A stretch of DNA of 64,000 nt from positions 320,001-384,000 of the forward strand of contig CAVUDP010000002.1 in the NCBI GenBank assembly GCA_963740315.1. Reading direction: 5' to 3'. The notes below the pieces were generated by a model that was not told the origin of the DNA, made no database searches, and saw only the letters and a list, made by a program, of their open reading frames with translations. The translations under genes and the position numbers were made by a program. Shown piece after piece: positions 50,744 to 62,074 of this stretch (the stretch's first letter is position 1; every line of letters begins with the position of its first letter). Origin of the DNA: an uncultured cyanobacterium (GTDB lineage: Bacteria; Cyanobacteriota; Cyanobacteriia; Cyanobacteriales; Nostocaceae).

Positions 50744-53700
50744 ATGGCTAGAACTGAGTTTAGCATCACCGGATATCACATCAAAGAGGAACTTTATAAC
50801 GGTTCAAGAACACTGGTATATCGTGCTATTCGAGAAAATGACCAAAAACCTGTAGTTATCAAATTGCTGAAAAATCCTTATCCTAACTTCAATGAATTAC
50901 TGCAATTTCGCAATCAGTACACGATTAGCAAAAATTTAGATATTCCTCGAATCATTCGTCCCTACAGTCTTGAATCTTACGAGAATAGTTATGCTTTGGT
51001 AATGGAATTCGGTGGAATTTCGCTGCACAAATATATGCAGAGAGGAATTGCTTCTGTTGAAGATATATTATCAATTGCGTTGCAAATTACAGATATTCTC
51101 CATAATTTGCATCAAAATCGCGTTATTCACAAAGATATTAAACCAGCAAATATATTAATTCATCCCGAAACACGAGAAGTTAAATTAATTGACTTTAGTA
51201 TCGCTTCATTGCTACCTAAGGAAACCCAAGAAATTAAAAATCCGAATGGTTTAGAAGGGACACTTGCTTATATATCACCAGAGCAAACCGGAAGAATGAA
51301 TCGGGGAATAGATTACCGCAGCGATTTTTATTCGTTAGGTGTAACTCTATTTGAATTATTAACTGGGGAATTACCTTTTCAATCTGATGATGCGATGGAA
51401 TTGGTGCATTGTCATATTGCGAAACAACCTGCTTCAATAGGGAATAGGCAAAAGGGAACAGGGAACAGTGAAGAGATTCCTCAAGTTTTATCAGATATTG
51501 TTATTAAGTTGATGGCGAAAAATGCTGAGGATAGATATCAAAGTGCTTTGGGATTGAAGCACGATTTAGAAATTTGTTTAAAACAGCTTCAAGAAACTGG
51601 TAATATTGAAAATTTTGAAATTGCTCAACGAGATATTTGCGATCGCTTTATTATTCCTGAAAAACTTTATGGTAGAGAAACTGAAGTTCAAGAATTATTA
51701 GCAGCGTTTGAAAGGGTTACTAAAGGAACTAGCGAACTAATGCTGGTAGCTGGTTTTTCTGGAATTGGTAAAACCGCAATTGTTAACGAAGTTCATAAAC
51801 CGATAGTTAAACAACGCGGTTATTTTATTAAAGGTAAATTTGATCAGTTTAATCGTAATATTCCTTTCTCGGCTTTTGTCCAAGCTTTCCGAAATTTGAT
51901 CGGACAATTATTGAGCGAAACTGATGCTCAGTTGTCAATTTGGAAACAGAAAATTTTACAGGCTTTGAATGAAAACGGACAAGTAATTATTGATGTAATT
52001 CCCGAATTAGAACAAATTATTGGTAAACAATCACCCGTAACAGAATTATCGGGTGCTGCCGCTCAAAATAGATTTAATTTATTATTTCAAAAGTTTATTC
52101 AAGTTTTTACTAATAAAGAACATCCTTTAGTAATATTTTTAGATGATTTGCAATGGGCAGATTCGGCTTCTTTGAAGTTGATGCAGTTGTTGATGAGTGA
52201 ATCTGAAAATGGTTATTTATTATTAATTGGTGCTTACCGGGATAATGAAGTATTTCCGGCTCATCCTTTGATGTTGACTTTAGAAGAAATTAGTAAAGCA
52301 CAAGGGAATATAAATACAATTATTTTGGCTGCATTGAGCGAAGAAAGTTTAAGTCTACTGGTTGCTGAGACTCTTAATTGTCAGCCGAACATATCGCAGC
52401 TATTAACAGACTTAATATATCAAAAAACTCAGGGTAATCCATTTTTTAGCACGCAGTTTTTGAAAGGATTGTATGATAGCTCATTAATAAAGTTTGATTT
52501 TGGGAATAGTTCGTGGGTATGCGATATTTCTGAAGTTAAGGCATTATCTTTAACTGATGATGTGGTTGAATTTATGGCATTGCAGTTGCAAAAACTGCCT
52601 AAAGATACGCAAAATGTATTGAAATTAGCGGCTTGTATTGGCAATCAATTTGATTTAACAACTTTGGCGATCGTTTGCGAAGAATCAGAAGCACAAACAG
52701 CTAATTATTTATGGAAAGCTTTACAGTTCGGTTTAATTTTACCGCAAAGTCAAGTTTACAAGTTTTATCTGGAATCGCAAATAGAGAATCGATTGGAAGA
52801 TAAACAAATTGTTAATTATAAATTTTTACACGACAGAGTGCAACAAGCTGCTTATTCTTTGATTCCGGAAGAAGATAAGCAGAAGACACATTTACAAATT
52901 GGGCAATTATTATTACAAAGATTATCGCAGTCAGAAAAATTAGAGAGAATTTTTGATTTAGTAAACCAATTAAATCTCGGACAAGCTGCAATAAAAACTG
53001 ATGAAGAAAAACAACAGTTAGCTCGCTTAAACCTAGAAGCTGGAAAAAAAGCAAAGCTCTCTGCGGCTTATCAAGCGGCTCAAAACTATTCTTTTATTGG
53101 GATTAATTTATTATCTGCAAACTCTTGGCAGACTGACTATAAATTAATCTACAATTTGCACCTTTATGGCTCAGAAGCAGCGTATTTGTCTGGCAACTTT
53201 GAGCAAGCGGAAGCTCTTTACACAGAAGCACTCACTCATAGTCAAACTCCCTTAGATAAAGCGATAATTTCTCGCGTACAAATGACTCAATATCAGCTTC
53301 AAGGAAGAAATAGTGAAGCAATAGAAATTCAACGGCTCTCTTTACAATTGCTTGGCTGGGAAATGCCTACACAAGAATTAATTCAAGCTAGTTTGGATGA
53401 AGAAATTACTAAAGTTCAAAGATTTTTAGAACAGCAAACAGTTGCATCAATTCTTAACTTCTCTCAAATGAAAGATTGCAGCATCTCAGAAATGTTGAGA
53501 ATTTTGCAAATACTTTTCTATTCTGCATGGCTTGATGGTCAACCTACCTTAGCATTTTTAGCACTCGCTAAAATGACCACTTTGTCTTTGCAATATGGTA
53601 ACAGCGATATGTCTCCCTTTGGTTATGTTGGTTATGGTTTAATTGCTAATGCTATGTTGAAAGACTCTGCAACAGCTTACAAATTTGGAGAAATGGCTGT

Positions 53701-56569
53701 GCAGCTTTGCGAGCAGTTTGATAATGCTGATGTGCGAGGGATGACTAATTTTCTCTTTGCTGCGGATGTGCATAGCTGGAGTCGTGCAATTCGAGAAGCC
53801 GATACTTACTACGACAACGCTTACAAGTATGGTATGGAAGCCGGTAACTGGCTGACAGTCGGCTTTGTGATGATGCAAAGTGGTTCCGATAGACTCACCT
53901 ACGGTAAAAATTTAGATGAATTGTATGAAATTGCTCAAGCTCATGCAGATTTTCTTCGTCAAATCAAAAGTTTAGAAAATTTAGATGCTTTAATAGTCGG
54001 AGTTATTCAACCAATTCGCAATCTTCTTGGTTTAACAAAAACACCTTTTACTTTTGATGATGATAGTTTCAGTGAAGCTGAGTTTTTACAAAAATATAGT
54101 AATACTCCTTATCATCTAGCTTGGTTATATTCTGTCAAAATTCGTCATGCTTATTTATTTGACAACAAAGCCGCATATCTAGATTTAATTTCTCAGCTAA
54201 ACATAATTGAAAATACCATTTCCAGTCATGCTAAAGTTCCTTCAAGTATATTTTATGTAGCATTAATGCATTTATCTTTAGCTGAAGCTGGATATAAAGA
54301 GCGTGAATTACATTTAGAAGCGTTGATTCCTCTGGAAGAAAAATTAAATAATTGGCAAGCTGCTTGTTCTGAAAATATTTTACATAAGTGTCTTATAATC
54401 CAAGCAGAAAAAGCACGGTTACATAAACGTAATTTAGAAGCTATGGATTTATACGAACAAGCCATAGCTACAGCTAAAGTTAATAATTATGGCTATGAAG
54501 AAGCCCTTGCTAACGAACTTGCAGCGAAGTTTTATTTTAATTGGGGTAAAGAAAAAATTGCTGCTGGTTATATGCAAGAAGCATACTATTGCTACGCTCA
54601 TTGGGGAGCCAAAGCCAAAACCGATGATTTAGAAACACGCTATCCCCAATTACTTGCACCAATTTTACAAGCACAAAATTCGAGTTTCCAAATCAACGAA
54701 ACCTACATTCAACCCGTTGATAAATCTTCTTTACTCACTCAAACTATCCAAACAAGTCGTTCAAGTAGTACCGTTTCTAATACTTTAGATTTTGCCAGCA
54801 TTCTTAAAGCAACACAGGCTTTATCCAGCGAAATTCAGTTAGAAGAGTTAATTTCAAAGTTACTGCAAATAGTAATCGAAAATGCTGGAGCAGAAAAAGT
54901 AGCTTTAATTTTATTAAAGGAAGATAACTTAAGTTTAGAAGCTATATCGACTAAAGATAGTGGTGTTACTCACTTATCAATACCATATGAAAATAGCCAT
55001 GATATTCCTAATACAGTGATAAACTATGTCAAACGCAGTTTAAAAACTGTTGTTTTGGATAATGCTACTGTTGAAAATAATTTTATCGCCGACGAATATT
55101 TAATACAACAGCAACCCAAAAGTTTATTATGCACGCCGATTTTAAACCAAGGAAAATTAATCGGGCTGCTGTATCTAGAAAATAAATTAATAATTGGTGC
55201 ATTTACATGGAAACGATTGGAAGTTATTAACCTTTTGTGTACGCAAGCTGCGATATCTTTAGAAAACGCTCGTCTTTACAAAGCTCAGCAAGAAACCAAT
55301 ACGTTGCTTAACTCACTTTTGCAAACGATACCAGATTTCTTTTTTGCTAAAGACTTACAAGGAAGACATATTGCGGTAAATTCTAATCTGGCTAAGTTTT
55401 TTGGTAAATCTATCCCGGAAATTATTGGTAAAACAGATGCCCAATTATTACCTCCAGAAGTTGCCGAACCAATTATGGCTAAAGATAGAGAAATCATCAC
55501 CAAAGAAATCACCGAAAACTTTGAAGAAGTGGTACCAACTAACGGAGTTGACTGCACTTATTTAACTATTAAAGAACCGTTACGAGATTCTCAAGGAAAT
55601 ACGATGGGCTTAATTGGTATTACTCGCAATATTACCGACAGAAAACGAGCCGAATCAGCGGTTATTGAAAAATCGCAAGAGTTAGAAAAAGCTTTAAAAG
55701 AATTAAGTCTTGCCCAATTACAAATGGTGCAAAATGAAAAAATGGCGACTTTGGGTAATTTAGTTGCCGGGGTAGCACACGAAGTTAACAACCCTATTGG
55801 ATTTCTCACAGGTAGTATTAGCAATGCCGAACAATATTTTCAAGACTTATTAGCTCATATAGAATGCTATCAAGAAAATTACCCTACTCCAGAAGAAAAA
55901 GTTGTAGAAAATGCCGAAGATATCAATCTAGAATACCTCACAGAAGATTTACCAAAATTATTAAATTCGATGAAGTCAGCAACAGAACGTATTACCGATA
56001 TTAGCAATAGTCTTCGTACTTTTTCTAGAGCCGATACTTCCCAAAAAGTTGCTTGCAATATTCATGAAGGTATTGATAGCACAATATTAATTTTAAAATA
56101 TCGTCTGAAGGCTGATGATAAACGTCCAGCAATTAAAGTTATCAAAGAATACGGAGAATTACCACCAATCGAATGTTTTTTGGGACAATTAAATCAAGTA
56201 TTTATGAACATTATTGCTAATGCAATTGATGCTTTAGATTCAGTTGCAGAAGGAAAATCATTTGCCGAAATAGAAGCAAATCCTCACAAAATAACTATTA
56301 AAACTGAATTTATTACAGAGGTAAATAAAGTATTAATTCGGATCGAAGATAATGGTTCGGGAATGCCTGAATCGGTTCGAGAGCGTATATTTGATAATCT
56401 TTTTACTACCAAAGGAGTCGGCAAAGGTACTGGATTGGGATTGGCGATCGCCCAACAAATTGTTGAAGAAACCCACAACGGTAAATTAAGTTGTAATTCT
56501 GTAGTTGGAGAAGGAACTGAGTTTGTAATTGAATTACCTATTTCAACAGGTTCTACGTGCCGACTTTAG
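50744..56569 (+). CDS. Ser/Thr kinase-AAA ATPase-GAF-PAS-histidine kinase (HstK/Pkn-type)
   Basis: HKDIKPAN, DFS, GTLAYISPE; GFSGIGKT; LDDLQWAD; GAF; PAS; AGVAHEVNNP; GKGTGLGL. Confidence 0.93.
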   Translation: MARTEFSITGYHIKEELYNGSRTLVYRAIRENDQKPVVIKLLKNPYPNFNELLQFRNQYTISKNLDIPRIIRPYSLESYENSYALVMEFGGISLHKYMQRGIASVEDILSIALQITDILHNLHQNRVIHKDIKPANILIHPETREVKLIDFSIASLLPKETQEIKNPNGLEGTLAYISPEQTGRMNRGIDYRSDFYSLGVTLFELLTGELPFQSDDAMELVHCHIAKQPASIGNRQKGTGNSEEIPQVLSDIVIKLMAKNAEDRYQSALGLKHDLEICLKQLQETGNIENFEIAQRDICDRFIIPEKLYGRETEVQELLAAFERVTKGTSELMLVAGFSGIGKTAIVNEVHKPIVKQRGYFIKGKFDQFNRNIPFSAFVQAFRNLIGQLLSETDAQLSIWKQKILQALNENGQVIIDVIPELEQIIGKQSPVTELSGAAAQNRFNLLFQKFIQVFTNKEHPLVIFLDDLQWADSASLKLMQLLMSESENGYLLLIGAYRDNEVFPAHPLMLTLEEISKAQGNINTIILAALSEESLSLLVAETLNCQPNISQLLTDLIYQKTQGNPFFSTQFLKGLYDSSLIKFDFGNSSWVCDISEVKALSLTDDVVEFMALQLQKLPKDTQNVLKLAACIGNQFDLTTLAIVCEESEAQTANYLWKALQFGLILPQSQVYKFYLESQIENRLEDKQIVNYKFLHDRVQQAAYSLIPEEDKQKTHLQIGQLLLQRLSQSEKLERIFDLVNQLNLGQAAIKTDEEKQQLARLNLEAGKKAKLSAAYQAAQNYSFIGINLLSANSWQTDYKLIYNLHLYGSEAAYLSGNFEQAEALYTEALTHSQTPLDKAIISRVQMTQYQLQGRNSEAIEIQRLSLQLLGWEMPTQELIQASLDEEITKVQRFLEQQTVASILNFSQMKDCSISEMLRILQILFYSAWLDGQPTLAFLALAKMTTLSLQYGNSDMSPFGYVGYGLIANAMLKDSATAYKFGEMAVQLCEQFDNADVRGMTNFLFAADVHSWSRAIREADTYYDNAYKYGMEAGNWLTVGFVMMQSGSDRLTYGKNLDELYEIAQAHADFLRQIKSLENLDALIVGVIQPIRNLLGLTKTPFTFDDDSFSEAEFLQKYSNTPYHLAWLYSVKIRHAYLFDNKAAYLDLISQLNIIENTISSHAKVPSSIFYVALMHLSLAEAGYKERELHLEALIPLEEKLNNWQAACSENILHKCLIIQAEKARLHKRNLEAMDLYEQAIATAKVNNYGYEEALANELAAKFYFNWGKEKIAAGYMQEAYYCYAHWGAKAKTDDLETRYPQLLAPILQAQNSSFQINETYIQPVDKSSLLTQTIQTSRSSSTVSNTLDFASILKATQALSSEIQLEELISKLLQIVIENAGAEKVALILLKEDNLSLEAISTKDSGVTHLSIPYENSHDIPNTVINYVKRSLKTVVLDNATVENNFIADEYLIQQQPKSLLCTPILNQGKLIGLLYLENKLIIGAFTWKRLEVINLLCTQAAISLENARLYKAQQETNTLLNSLLQTIPDFFFAKDLQGRHIAVNSNLAKFFGKSIPEIIGKTDAQLLPPEVAEPIMAKDREIITKEITENFEEVVPTNGVDCTYLTIKEPLRDSQGNTMGLIGITRNITDRKRAESAVIEKSQELEKALKELSLAQLQMVQNEKMATLGNLVAGVAHEVNNPIGFLTGSISNAEQYFQDLLAHIECYQENYPTPEEKVVENAEDINLEYLTEDLPKLLNSMKSATERITDISNSLRTFSRADTSQKVACNIHEGIDSTILILKYRLKADDKRPAIKVIKEYGELPPIECFLGQLNQVFMNIIANAIDALDSVAEGKSFAEIEANPHKITIKTEFITEVNKVLIRIEDNGSGMPESVRERIFDNLFTTKGVGKGTGLGLAIAQQIVEETHNGKLSCNSVVGEGTEFVIELPISTGSTCRL

Positions 56570-56682
56570 TCCTCAAATTAAGGGCTTAAGCCCTTACTAC
56601 GAACTTTGTAAAATTAACAATTAACTCTTACTTTTCTATTGCCAAACTGCCAAATGTATGTAATTTTTCACATCCGGTATAT

Positions 56683-56982
56683 TCAACTAGCTATACAATA
56701 AGGTGAAACAAAATATAAATCCCATAGATAACATCCACCCCGTCTTCCAGAGAATTCTACTTGCCAAATACCCATATCGGTTCTAAAATCTATCAAAGAT
56801 TCACCGGCTTTTTTCTGTTTACGTAAATAATCTCCGATCGCATATTTTGTCTGGGATCGATCCAGAAACGGAGTTAATTTTTGGGCTATTTCTTTTGTCA
56901 AGCATCCGGAATCTATTTGCACGCGACATCGAAAAACAAAGGGTTTACTTTGCTGTTGGGATGTGTGGTTTTTTCTAGTCAT
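56683..56982 (-). CDS. Hypothetical protein
   Basis: ORF 56683-57042, ATG 56982 plausible; no recognised motif. Confidence 0.4.
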   Translation of the reverse strand: MTRKNHTSQQQSKPFVFRCRVQIDSGCLTKEIAQKLTPFLDRSQTKYAIGDYLRKQKKAGESLIDFRTDMGIWQVEFSGRRGGCYLWDLYFVSPYCIAS

Positions 56983-57700
56983 ACATATAATAGCGATCGG
57001 TGAGCAGTATTGACTCGGAAGATGCGGTTGTGTGGTTATCAACTTTGAATATGATTAACTGTTAATTAACGATAGATAGATAATAAAGACAGCATTGTAA
57101 TACTGCTTCAATAGTTATTTAGTCTATTATCAATGCGATTTATTCAAGTTATCCAGTACAAAAAAAGACATTTATAATAAATTTTCTTGTTTTATAATTA
57201 ATCACTACATTTTGATTGCTGTTATACATAATTACACAGTAAAACGAAAATCTACATTTGTCGGTTTCCCCCATGAACAACTATTGAACCCGAAGGGAGA
57301 GCAGAGAATTATAGCTATTTACTTATCTGAGTGCGTAATTCATAATAAATTCGGACTCAATTGTGATAATTTAATAAATTACAATCAAGCGCTAATACAA
57401 ACTAATTTTCGTAGTGTTCGACTTACAGCGGACATTGTAGCGAACGAATCATCTATTTTTTATTTACGACTATTTATAAACCCGCTTTCTTGAAAAAAGT
57501 GGGTTAGGAAAGAATCCATCTGAAGTGACAGTTCATATAATATGGATAGTTATTTTGCGATCGGCTTAGCTTAAATTTCTCATCCGAATTTAATTAAATA
57601 AATTGTTTTACACAGTAATCGGATTTAAAAATAAATTGTAATCGCCTAATATATATTCGGATGAGAATCGAGTCATTTAAAGTAGTTACCTTTAACGAAT

Positions 57701-60184
57701 CTAATCAAGTTTAAGTAAAGATTGCCAATCTTGAATCGCTTTTTCTGTCCACAGCCAGTTTTGAGCTAAACTATTTCTTTGAAAACTTCTTGAGTTATCT
57801 TTCATCACCATTCGGCGAAGTTTGATTGCTTCACTCAAATATTTTACCTTTTTAGCAGAAGGCTGCTCCTGTGAAGATCGGTAGAAACTCAAAGCAAGTC
57901 CGGCATAAGCTGTTAAAGCATCTTTATCAACTATTTGAGAAACGGACATTAAAGATACGTTTTGGGCTGAATGCTTTTTTAAAGCCAAGTCTAAAGCTTT
58001 AAACCATGAATCGTTAGCACGGTTTAAATCACCTTTTGCATAGTAAGCAAAGCCTAAAGCATTTTTATAAACAAATGAATTTGGGTCATTTTCATTAGCA
58101 ACTTCCCAATAACGACGAGCATCATCGATACTGTATTTAGTATCTCCTTTTTGGACAAATTGCCAAGCTAAACGTCCTCTAACAAAATTTGCATATGGAT
58201 TGTTAATTTGTTCTGGATCGAGATTTTCCAAAGCGGTTTCAGCATTACTCAACGCACTGCGATCGAGCAATTCTTCTACAGCTTTAAGCCCAGACTTAAT
58301 CTTACCTTGGCTTAATTTTTCCCTAGCGTATGTAGTAACATCTTCGGTTTGGGCAGTTTTTAAATCAAATTTATCTACTTGAACAACAGCTGGTTGAATC
58401 GTCGAGGGCTTCTGCTGACTGCGCCAATAATCTATACCTCCAAAAAATGCGATCGCGCCGATCCCTAAGACACCAAGAAACGCCAAACGCTGGTGTTGTT
58501 TCTGCTTTTTAGCTGCGGCTTTTGCTGATGCGGTGGTAACTTGATTCCCTTCCGAATCTTGCCTGGAGGTTTCATTGGTAACAGTACCGGATTTAGAACC
58601 AACTTGTAAGGGGTATTCGTTTTCGTCCCATATCAAAGTATCTTCAGATTGATAATCGATATCTTGGAGTTGATTTTGTTGGTAATCATCCTCAATTTGC
58701 TGTACTAATTCAGCATTCATGGGAGGTTCCGTTAAGGATTGTTCGTCATCCAACTGACGGAACAAGTCGGAAACAATTGCAGAATCTTCTGAATAACTTG
58801 AATCATCATATTCGATTTCATCAACGAGATCCCCCCAAGTATTTTCACCTAACCAGTCTAAGTCAGAAGTATCTTCTTCATAAGAACCGATTGCTCCTTG
58901 CATCGGTACCATGTCGGAGCTTGGCGTGGCGGACGGAGCGTATGTTGAGATAGCGTTGGAATTGGGGTCGTAGTCGTTAAATAACTCTCCGCTTTGAGGT
59001 AAGTAAACTTCTGGATCTAAATAACCATCAAATTCTGGCTGAAGATATAAAATTGGTAGCGCCCAATACAGTTGATGGGAACTGTAAGCAGAAATTAATC
59101 CCTGACGCATCCGACTTACGCACGAGTCTATGGCATATCCCTGAGAAAGATTGCGGTAGAACAACTGCGTTAACGTTAGTGCTACTTCGTCGGGAATGCG
59201 TTCTGACATTGCCAAAACGCTCTTGATGCCTCGCTTCACCAAAGTTTCAGTCAGGTTGCGCTGTGCGGTATCTGGATTGCTATCTGAAGTCGCGGCGTAA
59301 GTTCCCAAACAGGAGTTAAATACTGCCATTTGGATATTGTTGTTAACCAACAAACCAGCTAAATCATCGCCGTACAAAGTTTCAGTTAAACCCGTTCTAG
59401 CGCTGACCAAATAAATTTCGCCGCCGTTTGCACCAAAGTTACTATGACCCGAATAGTGCAGAACGTGATAATTTCCTTGTTCTAAAGCTTGAGTTAATTC
59501 TTCTCTTCCAGGTTGTTCGAGTACCGATAGTTCAATTTCTGGAAGATGAATGTCGCTTTGGGTTTTGCGTTCGAGTTCCGCTTGCAGTCTAATCGCTTCT
59601 TGTTTTAACAAATTGAGACGCACTTGATCGGCAGGGGAAGCAATCACCATTAAGACTTTGATACCACCAGTTGTTGGTAACTGTGGTATGTTTCTTGATG
59701 GTAAACGAGACGCTCCGCTCATTCCGCTTTGATAGCGAGAAAAAGCAATATAAGGACCAGTAGCAATAGGGCGATCGCTCTGGTGCATGACTTCCCACGG
59801 GAGGCGGGCTAGTTTTGTATCCTTTAAGCCCAAACGCAGGCGCAATACCTGTTGGTGGTTTTGGGCAATACCTTGTGCCGTAATCCAACTGTCCCTAAGA
59901 GTGCCTTGAAACAACGCATTATAAAGTTGCTGACCCAGTGCTACCAAGTTGACTGAGTTTCTTGCATTTGTCTCTTCGAGACAGGCGGTTAACGCCATCG
60001 CATCGCCCTGCAATACTGACTGCAATGGGTCGTTCATTAAACTACTAGCAGCGGCTAACCAGTCAGCCACCGGCCACCTTACCAGTTCTTCTGCTAAGGG
60101 TACCCCAGGGGCGACTTGTTCCGTCCGCACCAAGTAGTCATTTTGTCCTACTGGGGTTACGGAAATATGAAATTCCTGGGTCAC
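57701..60184 (-). CDS. hetF: Heterocyst differentiation/cell division protease HetF (CHAT domain, TM, TPR-like C-terminus)
   Basis: MTQEFHISVTPVGQNDYLVRTE start; caspase-like His-Cys dyad LHYSGH / FNSCLG; AGGAG SD; NsiR1 array upstream. Confidence 0.93.
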   Translation of the reverse strand: MTQEFHISVTPVGQNDYLVRTEQVAPGVPLAEELVRWPVADWLAAASSLMNDPLQSVLQGDAMALTACLEETNARNSVNLVALGQQLYNALFQGTLRDSWITAQGIAQNHQQVLRLRLGLKDTKLARLPWEVMHQSDRPIATGPYIAFSRYQSGMSGASRLPSRNIPQLPTTGGIKVLMVIASPADQVRLNLLKQEAIRLQAELERKTQSDIHLPEIELSVLEQPGREELTQALEQGNYHVLHYSGHSNFGANGGEIYLVSARTGLTETLYGDDLAGLLVNNNIQMAVFNSCLGTYAATSDSNPDTAQRNLTETLVKRGIKSVLAMSERIPDEVALTLTQLFYRNLSQGYAIDSCVSRMRQGLISAYSSHQLYWALPILYLQPEFDGYLDPEVYLPQSGELFNDYDPNSNAISTYAPSATPSSDMVPMQGAIGSYEEDTSDLDWLGENTWGDLVDEIEYDDSSYSEDSAIVSDLFRQLDDEQSLTEPPMNAELVQQIEDDYQQNQLQDIDYQSEDTLIWDENEYPLQVGSKSGTVTNETSRQDSEGNQVTTASAKAAAKKQKQHQRLAFLGVLGIGAIAFFGGIDYWRSQQKPSTIQPAVVQVDKFDLKTAQTEDVTTYAREKLSQGKIKSGLKAVEELLDRSALSNAETALENLDPEQINNPYANFVRGRLAWQFVQKGDTKYSIDDARRYWEVANENDPNSFVYKNALGFAYYAKGDLNRANDSWFKALDLALKKHSAQNVSLMSVSQIVDKDALTAYAGLALSFYRSSQEQPSAKKVKYLSEAIKLRRMVMKDNSRSFQRNSLAQNWLWTEKAIQDWQSLLKLD

Positions 60185-60348
60185 AACTTCTCCTGTTTAC
60201 CTAAACCTAACTTATCTGGTTGGAAACGCTTTTGTCTCAAGTTTATATTTTGCTCTTCCTGATACATTAGATGCATCTGCCTGCTTCCATGTTTCTGATT
60301 TTTCTGATTTTAAAGTGGTTTTTTGACTTCTCTACTTTTACAACTTTA

Positions 60349-60385
60349 TCCGGATTGAACTAAATGTGCCTAGAACTAACTTAGT
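60349..60385 (+). promoter_or_regulatory. Orphan DIF1-type promoter (TCCGGA-N18-GAAC) not followed by an NsiR1 body
   Basis: Same TTATCCGGA context and N18-GAAC spacing as array copies 1 and 2. Confidence 0.5.
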
Positions 60386-60575
60386 TATATATGCGCTTTC
60401 TACTTTAATTCCTCAGTAAAAACAATATTTGCTGAAGTTTTTTATTGTTAATAAACGACAACAGTTACGGGATGCATTAAAATTCAACCGAAAAATAATA
60501 AAAAGTTAAACGAATTGAAACAAGATACGGGAAGTTGTTGGGTATACAACTTTTTTCAGCATTTTGATAATTTTA

Positions 60576-62074
60576 TCCGGAAGATACTGGTTAACTTTAG
60601 AACATTTTGTTGGTAGATGCACCCTGATAACTCATTCCCCTAGTTGAATTCTTCCACTAGGGGTTTTTTATGGTTTGCACAACCAGAAATCTTAATTTTT
60701 ATATTTTATCCGGAGTTGAAGAGTTACATATAGAACATTTTATTGGTAGATGCACCCTGATAACTCACTCCCCCAATCCGCCTACGTGCGATTGGGGTTT
60801 TTTTATATCTAATTTTAATAGTAGAAAATATTTATACATTTTTATCCGGAGAATGACGGTTAGATACGGTACATATAATTGGTAGATGCACCCTGATAAC
60901 TAACTCCCCCGGCAAGCCTACAAGCACGCTGGGGGTTTTTGTATTTAAAATTAGTACTTAACCACATTTATACATTTTTATCCGGAGAATGACTGTTAGA
61001 TACGGTACATATAATTGGTAGATGCACCCTGATAACTAACTCCCCCGGTAAGCCTACAAGCAAGCTGGGGGTTTTTATATTTAAAATTAGTACTTAACCA
61101 CATTTATACATTTTTATCCGGAGAATGACTGTTAGATACGGTACATATAATTGGTAGATGCACCCTGATAACTAACTCCCCCGGTAAGCCTACAAGCAAG
61201 CTGGGGTTTTTTGTATGCATTACCCGATCGCATTTATACAGTTTTATCCGGAGAATGACGTTTAGACGCGGTACATATAATTGGTAGATGCACCCTGATA
61301 ACTGTCTCCCCCGGTAAGCCTACAAGCAAGCTGGGGGATTTTTGTATGCAAGTAATTACACCCGAAGACATTTATACAGTTTTATCCGGAAAGCGGCGGT
61401 TAGATACGGTACATATAATTGGTAGATGCACCCTGATAACTGTCTCCCCCGGTAAGCCTACAAGCAAGCTGGGGGATTTTTGTATGCAAGTAATTACACC
61501 CGAAGACATTTATACAGTTTTGTCCGGAGAGTGGCGGTTAGATACGGTACATATAATTGGTAGATGCACCCTGATAACTGTCTCCCCCGGTAAGCCTACA
61601 AGCAAGCTGGGGGATTTTTGTATGCAAGTAATTACACCCGAAGACATTTATACAGTTTTGTCCGGAGAGTGGCGGTTAGATACGGTACATATAATTGGTA
61701 GATGCACCCTGATAACTGTCTCCCCCGGTAAGCCTACAAGCACGCTGGGGGATTTTTGTATTTAAAATTAGTACCTAACCATATTTATACAGTTTTATCC
61801 GGAGAATGACTGTTAGATACAGTACATAGAATTGGTAGATGCACCCTGATAACTAACTCCCCCGGTAAGCCTACAAGCAAGCTGGGGGTTTTTTTATATG
61901 CAAGTAATTACACCCGAAGACATTTATACAGTTTTATCCGGAGAGTGGCGGTTAGATACAGTACATAGAATTGGTAGATGCACCCTGATAACTGTCTCCC
62001 CCGGTAAGCCTACAAGCACGCTGGGGGTTTTTATTTAAATCAAAAACAATGTTTGATTGACAAATCTATCCGGA
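60576..62074 (+). promoter_or_regulatory. Twelve DIF1 (TCCGGA) -35 motifs, one per array unit
   Basis: TCCGGA at 60576, 60709, 60845, 60981, 61117, 61247, 61385, 61523, 61661, 61798, 61937 (36 nt before GGTAG) and 62069 (33 nt). Confidence 0.88.

Noticed and set aside
57212..57493. 93-aa ORF downstream of hetF
   Set aside because: TTG start, AT-rich intergenic composition, no motif
61346..61765. 139-aa repetitive ORF (also 60670-60885)
   Set aside because: By-product of 138-bp (46-codon) array units; runs through terminators
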